A stretch of DNA of 63,161 nt, the filler included, from Choristocarpus tenellus KU-1152 (lineage: Eukaryota; Protista; Phaeophyceae), in the NCBI GenBank assembly GCA_964200185.2. It is 13 parts of 13 records of this genome, joined end to end, with 100 filler letters (N's around TTAATTAATTAA, not from the genome) between each part and the next. Parts side by side here need not be neighbours in the genome. Positions count along the whole stretch, not along the records: positions 52,721 to 57,160 come from CAXNAD020014546.1; positions 57,261 to 60,296 come from CAXNAD020022785.1; positions 60,397 to 63,161 come from CAXNAD020024941.1; 10 more parts are not named here. One strand, written 5' to 3'. The notes beneath the pieces were generated by a model. That model had not been told where the DNA came from, ran no database searches, and saw nothing but the letters and a program-made list of their open reading frames with translations. The stretch's first letter is position 1; each line of letters opens with the position of its first letter. Below are positions 53,471 to 63,161 of this stretch, piece by piece. A program made the translations under genes and the position numbers.

Positions 53471-56400
53471 CAGGATACATGCGACATTGTGTTCCGAACT
53501 GCGGTCAACTAGCTGCACCACTGACTGACATTCTCCGGAATAAAGGGTATGTATGCTTCCAAAAGAGACAGGAAGAGGAGTATCCCTTGGGAATCAGAGG
53601 AGCAGAATGCACTTGAGGAACTTAAGGTGCGTCTGATTTCTCCACCAATCCTAGTCTTTCCTGACTGGGATAAGCCGTTCCTTCTCCATACAGATGCGAG
53701 TGAGGAAGGGGCTGGAGCAACTCTGACCCAGGCACAGGATGATGATCAAGAACATGTCATAACCTATGCCAGCCATAGATGGTCTAGAAGATACAGTAGA
53801 AGAGCACCCACTTAAAGAGAATGCATGGCTATCTTGTGGACTGTAGAACACTTCCGTTCCTACATTTGGAGTAGGAAATTCACTCTAGTAACTGACTGCT
53901 CAGCACTGACTTGGCTCTTTAAGAGTTGTGAACTTAGCCCCAAGCTCCATAGGTGAGCCCTCCATCTTATGGACCATGACATGAAACTGAAGTGGTGAGT
54001 AGTTTCGAAGCACCAGCTACCAGGCGGATTGTCTAGACTCTCCCCACCAACTGCATCAGGTTTGGATATCGACGATTCTTTTCCTGACGATCCGTCAGTA
54101 GCATGCCGCAAGAGCTACGCTGGACCATGAGGACCCGTCTTAAGTTGTGTATGTTTGCAGGGGGTTTAGGTACATGAGACCTTAACCCAGGTCATCCCAC
54201 AATGTCCCCTTGCTCTCTCTGTACTTTAGTAGATTCAGAGCTAGAGTATACTTCTCCCTCACGCAATGAGCCGAGTCTAGGGGTGGCACACATGTTACCT
54301 CAGAGAGAACAGTTGGTACCACATTCTCAGGAATACTGCCAGCACTACAAAGTTGCCACAAGGAAACTGATAGTCTCAACTCAGGCATTGAAGTTGGCTA
54401 TCAACTAGTAGATCCCCAGGATCAAAGTCTACCAGTGCCTATACCCCCTTCCTCTGATTTGATGCCCCCAGATAAGATGCCTAGTGTGGACCTAACACCT
54501 GCCTCACAGCAACCTTTTTCCCCGCTTAACGCCATCAACACGTTTGCCTGGCAACCTTTAGACCCTACCCTCGAAGACAGGGTATAAACAAAAGGAACGG
54601 CAGGAGAAGAGAAGCCACCATGCAAGAAAAGATGCAAAGGTACACCAAGGCCAAAGAACAAGAAGGGTAGTGACAGAACAGTTCGAACGAGGGAGATGGT
54701 GCAGCACCCAACCCACTCTCGAGAGAGCAATGGCTACTCTCACATACGTGGCAAAGCTAGGGGAGAGACAGAAGAAAGACCCCTTCTTGGGCAGCATACG
54801 GGGAGTCCTCGAAGGCCAAGAACATTGGAAGTCATCACTCGAGTGGGGAAAAGGGAGTATGGATGTGGAGTCATATTCCCTAGATGATAAAGAGTTACTC
54901 TGGTACACCCCTGGAGAGTATTCACCTAGGCTAGCAGTTCCCTGTTCACTAGTGTCAGACATCATAGCGCTAGTACATCTGCAGATTAGCCAGCAGGGAG
55001 TTGAACGCACAGTAGCCCTAACCCGACGATACTTCTTTTGGCCCTCACTCCACAAAGACACACAGGATTATGTTCTATCCTGTGGCTGCCGCAGACGAAA
55101 GAGGACAAGGAGCACACAAGTAGCAATGTTACCAGCCATGTTCCTAGAACCATAGGATGTACACTTGAGATGTATCTACAATGTAGATACATCTCAGCAA
55201 AAGGCAACAACTATTTATTAATTGTGATTGATAGGGCTTCAAGATTCCCTTTTGCATTCCCAATGGTGTCGAAAGAAGCAGCTGGAGTAGTAACAAACGT
55301 GTTGGAACTATGTCTTACATTCAGGATACCTCTGTCGATTCGGGGTGATGCAGGAGGGGAGTTCACGGGAGACATAGTGAATCAGCTTTGTCGCTGGCTG
55401 AAAGTCTCTATCAATTTTGGACCCACTGGCGACTCAAGAGGACAAGGGGGAGTAGAAAAGATGGGAGGATTGCTTTTGGAAAGTCCTGTGAGAACTATGT
55501 ATGAAGTGGCCATATAGATGGGTGAGTATGTATCCCCTGCATGTAGGGCGCAGCGCACTACTCCAGATCCATCTGACCCTCTCAACCCTTCTGAGTCTCG
55601 TTTGGCCGTGACCCTTGCACACAGCTGGACGTCCTCATACCCAAGTTGGATGGGGACATAGAGGTTGGAGGATTGGATTCCTTCATTGAGCAACCGCAGA
55701 CAGAACTTCAGGGAGTTATGAGAAGTACTGGAGAGACGGATATCTGTACAAGACAGAAGAACGGGTAGAGAGCCAACGCTTTGATTACCAAGTCTTCCCC
55801 AGGACTAGGATCGAAACCAGGTGATCTAGTTTTAGTGAAGGAAACAGACAGCTATGTCCATGGGGGAAAAACTAGCTGAGACAAGAGTGGGCAGTGTTGA
55901 ACCTGACCACGTTTCGCGAAGGGGAATCGTGTGAGGCTCATAACCTGTTGGAAAACTGATTTCGTATGAGTTGTAATGTGTCTGGATTGTAACGAAGGAG
56001 ATCATAGTGCAACAAAGCACTGATGAATTTGTTCTGGTAGGTCTGATGACCTGTTGCATCCAGTCAGACAGTGTTCGATGTGAAGGTATGTTTCGTTCTG
56101 CTGTGATTAACACGTTCAGAGTCAAGTGTGTGTGTCATAGTGCAGCAAGACACCTGCAGGGATGTCTTACTCAATCAGACTTTGGTTGGAGTGAAATGTG
56201 TACTGGTACGTCTGTGGCATGTTTTACTCAGAGCAGACTGTGATTGATAGAAACTCTGTGGTCATTCATTGAGATGCTCAAATGAAGAAATTAATCCTCT
56301 GTATAAAGAGGGTTGTCACCTTGGCAGAGAAGGTCTTAAGGATGGTTTTAACTCTGTTTATATTACAACCTGGCGTGTGTCAAATACGTGTTGAGAGTGA

Positions 56401-56963
56401 TGGGATGTCTTATTGAGGGGACAATGCCAGTGAAGGAAAAAATAAGAATCAAACATGCTATGCAACTGATAACTTGTGTGAAAAAGAAGTGACACAGGAA
56501 GAAAGAAGAAGCAAAGCTTGGATCCATACCTAACGTAACTACCATCACACACCTTCTGAGTGAGTTGTGATGATGAGCTAACGAGCTAATGATGTACATG
56601 GGATTAGCGACCATTGCAATGGACAAATCAACGTTCAGTATGGACTGACGATGTTGTATCGTATCAAAGCAAATCGAATGAGTAGCCTATGCTTTAACAG
56701 GCAGAAACCTAGTCCTTGAAAGATGGATGGGACCGTGGACTGTAATGGAAACTTCACATCAGAGTAGTAGCATGAAGGGCGAATTGCTGGGTAGGCAAAC
56801 ACGCTCACGTAATGTTCATGCTTCTCATGTGAAACCATTCCATGTAAAATCCATTCATTTGAGACATAGCTTCCAAGACGAATATGCCCAAATAGTGTGG
56901 GAATCGGACCAAGGTCTAACAGCAGAATCCGCGGTAGCAACCCCTATGTACACCCTCCCTGAT
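53471..56963 (+). mobile_element. Ty3/Gypsy LTR retrotransposon pol remnant (RT connection, RNase H, integrase), interrupted by a solo LTR
   Basis: LAAPLTDIL, PPILVFPDWDKPFLLHTDAS..GAGATLTQ, YASH, FTLVTDCSALTWL; integrase Zn region (VH...GVERT..L.RRYFFWP.L..D..DYV.SC.C); core YLLIVIDRASRFPFA, DAGGEFT; resumes at about 56705 with LERWMGPWTV...VHASHVKPFH. RT-RH-INT order indicates Gypsy. Confidence 0.9.
55895..56699. mobile_element. Solo LTR (805 bp) with 5-bp TSD
   Basis: Termini TGTTGA...TTAACA flanked by GGCAG on both sides (55890-55894, 56700-56704). The Gypsy sequence continues across it. Confidence 0.85.
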
Positions 56964-57160
56964 GGGTCAAAGTATCTGGGGGGGGGGGGGGGGGTGGCTT
57001 GTGAGGGGGCGTCCGTTTCGGTCAAACAACTCTTTTTTTTCCATTTCAAATCTGACACTTACGACCAAATCACACCAAAAAGTGAAAATCGAAAAAAGGG
57101 TGAAAAACGGACGCCGACCCCCCCCCCCCCCCCCCCCCCCACTCTCCCCCTTAAAAAAAA
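56964..57160. mobile_element. MITE family B-like, inserted in the Gypsy remnant, truncated by gap
   Basis: GGGTCAAAGTATCTGGGGG start and poly-C tract near the gap. Confidence 0.7.
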
Positions 57161-58012
57161 NNNNNNNNNNNNNNNNNNNNNNNNNNNNNNNNNNNNNNNN
57201 NNNNTTAATTAATTAANNNNNNNNNNNNNNNNNNNNNNNNNNNNNNNNNNNNNNNNNNNNAAAAAACAGAAACAGGAGAGACTGGGTTGGCCGGCCGACA
57301 ACGCCTCTTGGTATGCCGGGAGAGTTCTCTGCGCACGCCTCCCCAAGTTTTGGTGGGAAACGGATCGGATTTGTGTGACCCTCTTTGGAAATAAGTGGGG
57401 GAGGGGGGAGGGGCACTGGCATCAGGGTCGGGTTTTCATTATGTATGGCAAAGGTTGTTTCCATCCTGGAAAAAAAAATAGAAACGATTTCTACAAACGC
57501 AATGGGATCCCAAGAAAATTTTTCCAAAGTACCCCCAATCTGTTCTGTTGTTGAGTATTTTTTATTATTATTAAGTTGTTTTCGTTTGTTCATGATTTTT
57601 TTTTTTCTCCTGTTTTCACAAGCTACGTTGAACAGATAAAAAAAAATAATGTGCAATGAAACATGTATGTGCGTATGATATTTTTTTGGGGGGGGGAGGG
57701 GGGAGGGGGTTTTGTCTTCAACGGATCGATCCCACCATCTTGTTTTTACCCTTTCACTAGTGAAACATTTATGTGCACATAATAATATTTTTTTTGTTTT
57801 GTCTTCAACAGATCGATCCACCCACCTTGTTTCACTCTTTTTCACTGTTGAGAAAAAACAGTAATACAGAATCAGGTAACTGTACTTGTGATTGGATTGG
57901 AGCAAATTGTTCTGTTTTTGAGCATCTTGTCACAGCTGCAAATTATAATCAACAAGAATGATATATATATATATATATATATATATGATGATGATGATGA
58001 TGATGGAAACAG

Positions 58013-59763
58013 GGCAGAGCTCAGGGCAGAACTGGAACGCCTTGCAGGAGCAGATAGCATGCTGGGACTGGAGAGGGCAGCCAGGGAGAAACAAGACGCG
58101 GCACTGAGGAGAGAGAGGAGGAGACTTGAGGAGGATCTAAAGGCCAGGTGAGTTGTGACGGACTTGTTAATCCGGAATAAACTTGAATTGCTTCTGAAAA
58201 GAGAGACTCATCTCATTTTTTCTATGTATATCAGTCATGTTGGTGTTGTGTGACTTACTTGGATCTTTGTGACAATGAGTTTGTTAACGTGTGTATGGTA
58301 GGTAGGTAGATTATTGCCATTCCTGTTTGTTTTTTTGGTGAGAACGGATGTTTATGAAGATGAGGAAGGCAGTTTTTAATGATGATTGTGAGTTGCTTGG
58401 ACCACACGTGCCTATGTAATAACAACATATGCAATGGAGGCAACATACCCACGCACTCATTCATGTGCAACACAGTCATGTATATACAATACACTCATTG
58501 ATGTGCAACACACTCAGTATGTACAATACACTCATTCATGTGCAACACACTCAGTATGTACAATACATTCATTCATGTGCAACACACTCAGTATGTACAA
58601 TACACTCATTCATGTGCAACACATTCAGTATGTACAACGAGGTAAAAGATGGCCAGTCCCTGACACTTACTATCGTCATTTATATTGCAATCAATACTAT
58701 GTCATCATCATTGTAAAAAAATTATCACCATTGTTACTATTATTTCTACTACTACTGTATGACTATCCTCACTATTTTCTTGCTGCTTTTATATCAGTTG
58801 TTCCCCCGTCCCTAACACTTACTATCCTTACTATTATCAAACTGTTGCCATAGCATTTCTTCTGCCACTATTTTTTGTTTGCATTATAATAAGTTCAATG
58901 CAGGCGTCTGTGAGAATAGATTGTTGTCATGGCAGGTGAAGACAGAAAATGACACTATTTAAAATATTATGTATATACATATATATATATTAGAAAAATA
59001 TTCAAGGGTGTACAAAGCATATATTTTTTATGTTTTTTACTAAAATAAACAAGATAACCGTGATGCCTAGAAAATTCTAAATTATTGTACATCTTCCATA
59101 TACATAGAGCAGTTGTATAGCACTTTCTAAATTTTAGTACATTTTCCGTATCTAGATGTTCCATATGTTGGGCAGTCTGTTGGTTTGGCAGGAACTCACC
59201 AAGGACACAAAGGGGTTGAAACCCTATGTAGTCACTAGTCATATTGTTGAATGCCCCCAATGGAGGTGGGCTCAGTGGATTCCAGTGTCATTTGAAAAAG
59301 TTCCTATCCATCCTGTAAGATACCATGAGAAATCAGACCGTCGCCACCTAGCTCAGTCATCCACCTCTCACAAATAGTTAATAAAACCAACCAATCACAT
59401 GATCCACATGATCCCTCACTTGATAGATTTTCTTGTTCATCAACCATCACATCTATCCTCAGACTTTTGGTTTTGAATGGCATTTTTTTTTTGTGTGTGT
59501 GTGTGTGTCTGTGGTGTCTGTGTGGGATCATGGAAATTGGACTTCTACATTCAGCGGGGTCGAAAATATTTCTGAGAAATTGGATGGTTGCCGCAGATTG
59601 CTCAGGAGTGGACCCGGTTGGTTGGTGGGTGTGACGATAAAGGATACACCCCTGACAATGCTTCTTCTACGTGTTATATACTGACTAAGATAGTGTGTGA
59701 ATTACCGGGCTTCGTAGGATTATGTTTTTTTTAGTAATTCTCTTGAAAAAAATTATGTAGAAC

Positions 59764-59805
<42 letters not shown>

Positions 59806-60008
59806 CTGGAATATTTATATATAATTTTTGTCATCGGATCCCTTCATCTACTGTTGATTTTTGTTTTTTTTGTATCAGGGAAGAGGATGTGGACACCCTC
59901 CGCTCACAAAAGCGTGGCCTTGAGGAAGAGGTGTCAAGGGTTATGCGTGCACTCTCTAGAGGAGCAGTGGAGACAGCTAACATGGCACAGGGGGAGTTGC
60001 TCCTTCAG
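58013..60008 (+). CDS. Coiled-coil protein, two internal exons, unknown function
   Basis: Exon 58013-58147 (AELRAELERLAG...RRERRRLEEDLKA, donor AG|gtgag) and exon 59879-60008 (EEDVDTLRSQKRGLEEEVSRVMRAL...ELLLQ|gt) join in frame through a phase-2 junction. E/R/L-rich heptad pattern. Confidence 0.7.
58453..58638. repeat. 37-bp intronic minisatellite, about 5 copies
   Basis: Unit CACTCATTCATGTGCAACACACTCAGTATGTACAATA. Confidence 0.92.
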
Positions 60009-60228
60009 GTATCTCTCCATAGAGAAAGCGACATAAGTATCATAGTAATGGAGAGGGGGGTACCGCTGCTATCAATGGGTCTTGTCTCTGTAACTGTATC
60101 TGTAACTGCCCTTCTGATTTGCATCCTTACATCCCTACCTCCTCCAATCCAGTGACAAAAACACCAGTTCATGGAGTCGTTTCTTTATATATATATGTAT
60201 GTATGCACAGACTCCTGATAGGAGTTGT

Positions 60229-60296
60229 GACTCAAAGTATCATGGGGGGGGGGGGGTCTACACCAGGGTGTCCATTCGGGTCCTGACCTGGAGAAG
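60229..60296. mobile_element. MITE family B, terminal fragment
   Basis: GACTCAAAGTATCATGGGG...TCTACACCAGGGTGTCCATT. Confidence 0.75.
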
Positions 60297-63090
60297 NNNN
60301 NNNNNNNNNNNNNNNNNNNNNNNNNNNNNNNNNNNNNNNNTTAATTAATTAANNNNNNNNNNNNNNNNNNNNNNNNNNNNNNNNNNNNNNNNNNNNACCC
60401 CATATTTTCATCGTCGCCTCCTCGCTCCACACCGCCATCGTCTTCTATGTGCCGTAAACACACCTTTGGCTTATCTACCCTACCTGTCCAGACCTTACCG
60501 CTTCGCCTGATGGCGTCACAGTTCCTGTCGTTGGAGTACGAGCAGTGTACTCAAGTGCTTTTAAAAGTCAGTGGCAGTGAACCTTACCTCACAGGATTCG
60601 CCCTCACCTTTCTTGCTTGCGTAACGTCAAGTCATCTTCTTGTCTCGCCCGTCTTGTCATAACCCTCGTCTTCCTCCCGAGAGCAGACTATCAAGGCACA
60701 CTACTGAGGGTTCACCAATATTTTGATGCGCTTCACTGGACTCTTTGCGTTTCTTCTCTTCTACGCAATATGGGTGTTAAGCCCATTTCACGTATCTTTC
60801 TTTGACTCTCCTCTTCCCTTTGGAGTCACATCGATGGGTGCATCAGCAGTCATCGGCGGCGAGCTAGGTGAGTCTCGCGCTGGTGGCATCTCAGGAATAG
60901 GTAATGATCCATCGGCACACCCGTCGACAAATCATCTGGCTTGCGGTCACTCCACAGATCGATGTTCTTCGTGAACTGCATACCAAGAGCGACAATGCAA
61001 TTTCAGCTGCCTTGAGCAGATCTCTTACAAGTTCACCGACCCATCCCCACATTCGTGCCCTCCCGACAGATTTCCTATCTCCGAAACAGATTTACCCTTC
61101 TGTTTGCTCCTCACTTCAGGAACCATCCCGATCCCCCTACAAATTATTTTCGAGAATTCGGCTAAACCTCGTGAAACGGTTCGCCACAAGGAAGAAGAGA
61201 ACCATCAGTCAAAAGCAACCACTCGCCGGCTTATCGACTCCTACTTCGGTAGGCTGCATCTGCCCTCGAGAGGACGAAGCCTTTCGCCTCGAACAAGCCA
61301 TCTGGCTCGCCATGGCGGCCCTAGCATACACAGTGTTTTGGTTCCATTCGATGCTATGGCTGAATAACCTATTGCTTGCCTTTGGGGGCAAGAGAAGGGG
61401 ACCTCGGAGGTGGAAGAGCAGAAATAGAGGATACAGATGGTTTTCGAAAACCGAAATCTATTTAACCATGCAGTGGATCACTTCACTGATGTGGCTAGGT
61501 CGGCCCACTTTCAATGTGTATGCAAACAGTGGACAAACCCATACCTTAGTGAAGGACTGAGGTGCACTCAGGGTTCTGTGATGGCATTGTTGACACCTGC
61601 TTTCGTATTGATTACGCTGCCTCAAAGGGTTGTGAAAGAAGCATGGAGGGTGAGACTTCCCCCTTGGCAGATGTTGTAGGCGTGGTGCCTGCTTACATCC
61701 TCTCAGTGTCCATTTTTTTATGCAGTAAGAATTGTTGTACATGTGGCACGTGCCTTGATATGATTTGTGTTGTCTTCCCTTGGCAGAATATTGTCCCGCC
61801 TGTAGGTTGATGTATTGTACTTCTTTCTAAAAGGCAGCAGGAAGAGGGTGTACTTGGGTAATGCATGCTCGGAGCTTGACGGTCAAATTCTTCTGTTGTG
61901 AGGAACGGTCACAATGCGTCTTTCTGGCGACCCTGTGCAGTGCTCGAGAGATCGAGACCTGTGCGCAACATTGAAGATTCCCCTTGTTCTGAATACTGCT
62001 GTTTAAATGTTGTGCGTGTTGTGTCGTATTTGGAGTAGATGACAAGGTATTTGTGGATTGGGTGTGGTGGTGGTTGATAGAAAGTGCTACTAACAGTGGA
62101 TGCTACTAGCTGAGAAAACCCACTATGCCCTCTTCTTGTACATGTTGTAGGAAGTTGATGGCGTATCTCTTGTCCTGGGATTAGGAACCAGCAATAGTGA
62201 GGAGGACACCGCCATCAACAGAGAATAACCAATATACAACAATAATGAGAAAATAATGTACTCAAAGTAAACCACATGGCCAGAACCATGTACCTCTTGA
62301 GAAAGACGATGCTGTGCTTGGTTTGAACGTGCGATGATGCATCAACTTGTGCAAGATCAAGTACGTACACACAATACTGTCTCTGATCATCTACTCCCAG
62401 CATTGTTAATGCTCTTCAATAAGGAGCACTACCTAATTTCACACTTTTTTTTTTATAGTCCAATGTAAAAGGTCTTACGGTGACGAAGATGGTGCCAGAG
62501 TATGAGAGAGGCTCGTACTATAGGGAGGATAGAATATGTGCAGTATAAACTTTGGACATGAATGTACAAAAAACAAGGATTGAAAATGAGAAGGAAACGC
62601 ATGAGCCAAAGTAAATGAGAGGCATCTCCATAGATTTGACATACACCATACCTCACATCTATATTACTCGTGAAGCCTTGAACCTTCAAGCAATACTCAA
62701 GTTCAGGTACTCTAGATGACATGAAGTAAAAACTGTAGTAGGCAGATTTGTACCCTTTTGCCTGCTAAGCCATCTTTCTTACCATGTGCAGTGAGCCTTA
62801 TTTCATTTCTTAATGTGCACAATAGTGTATGCAAAATTGTGATTCCCCGTTTCCAAACACAAAAGTGGCAACATAATTCAGCAAAGCTCCTTCTCCAATT
62901 GTCCAAAACTTCGTACTATTTGCCCTTTCTCAGGACATACCCAGCAGATCCACCCTCAAAGTGTCTGAACCCAAACCCCATACAGGTGTCAGGTAAATTC
63001 AGGGCAATGGATGGAGATATGTTTAGAGTAGTGAGAAGTGAGACCTTGTGGTCAGCAGGACCCATACATGTGTATCTCCTACCTCTCAAA

Positions 63091-63161
63091 GAGCCAAAGT
63101 ATCTTAGAGGGTAGAGCCGCGTCCATTTCGGGGTCAAATTCGAATGTTCCGATTTTGATGT
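63091..63161. mobile_element. MITE family A, left end (window end)
   Basis: GAGCCAAAGTATCTTAGAGGGTAGAGCCGCGTCCATTT. Confidence 0.8.

Noticed and set aside
58453-58638. 37-bp repeats as a CRISPR array or repeat-protein ORF
   Set aside because: No spacers, the unit is not a multiple of 3, and it lies in an intron between two in-frame exons.

Overview
Eukaryotic, intron-rich, repeat-rich nuclear DNA, most likely from a brown alga or close stramenopile relative. This is an inference from the ROCO/COR exon, the RTE- and CRE-type LINE remnants, a spliced LL-DAP aminotransferase gene and TTAGGG repeats. The window is not one locus. Twelve identical 100-nt linkers (44N-TTAATTAATTAA-44N) join 13 contigs, and at least some of these are evidently not neighbours. 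Spliced gene fragments with GT-AG exons that I could reconstruct by hand: the C-terminal molybdopterin-binding (MoCF/CinA-like) part of an FAD synthase (minus), the MCM2 N-terminal region (minus), LL-diaminopimelate aminotransferase (plus), a TatD DNase with an N-terminal extension (plus) and a coiled-coil protein (plus). The rest is degenerate TEs (Gypsy with a nested solo LTR, mariner, RTE, CRE-like LINE, hAT-like remnant) and about 18 MITE copies in three families sharing a G(A/G)(G/C)TCAAAGTA terminal motif. The most interesting signals are: (1) very dense short TTAGGG tracts that overwrite pre-existing MITE sequence in register, suggesting telomerase-templated repair; (2) a 1.25-kb frame-intact but nonsense-bearing ROCO COR exon just upstream of the FAD synthase exons; (3) a Sola-like MITE superfamily with 4-bp TSDs; (4) a knottin-like Cys-rich exon. 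No prokaryote-type system (CRISPR, operon, rRNA or tRNA genes) is supported.
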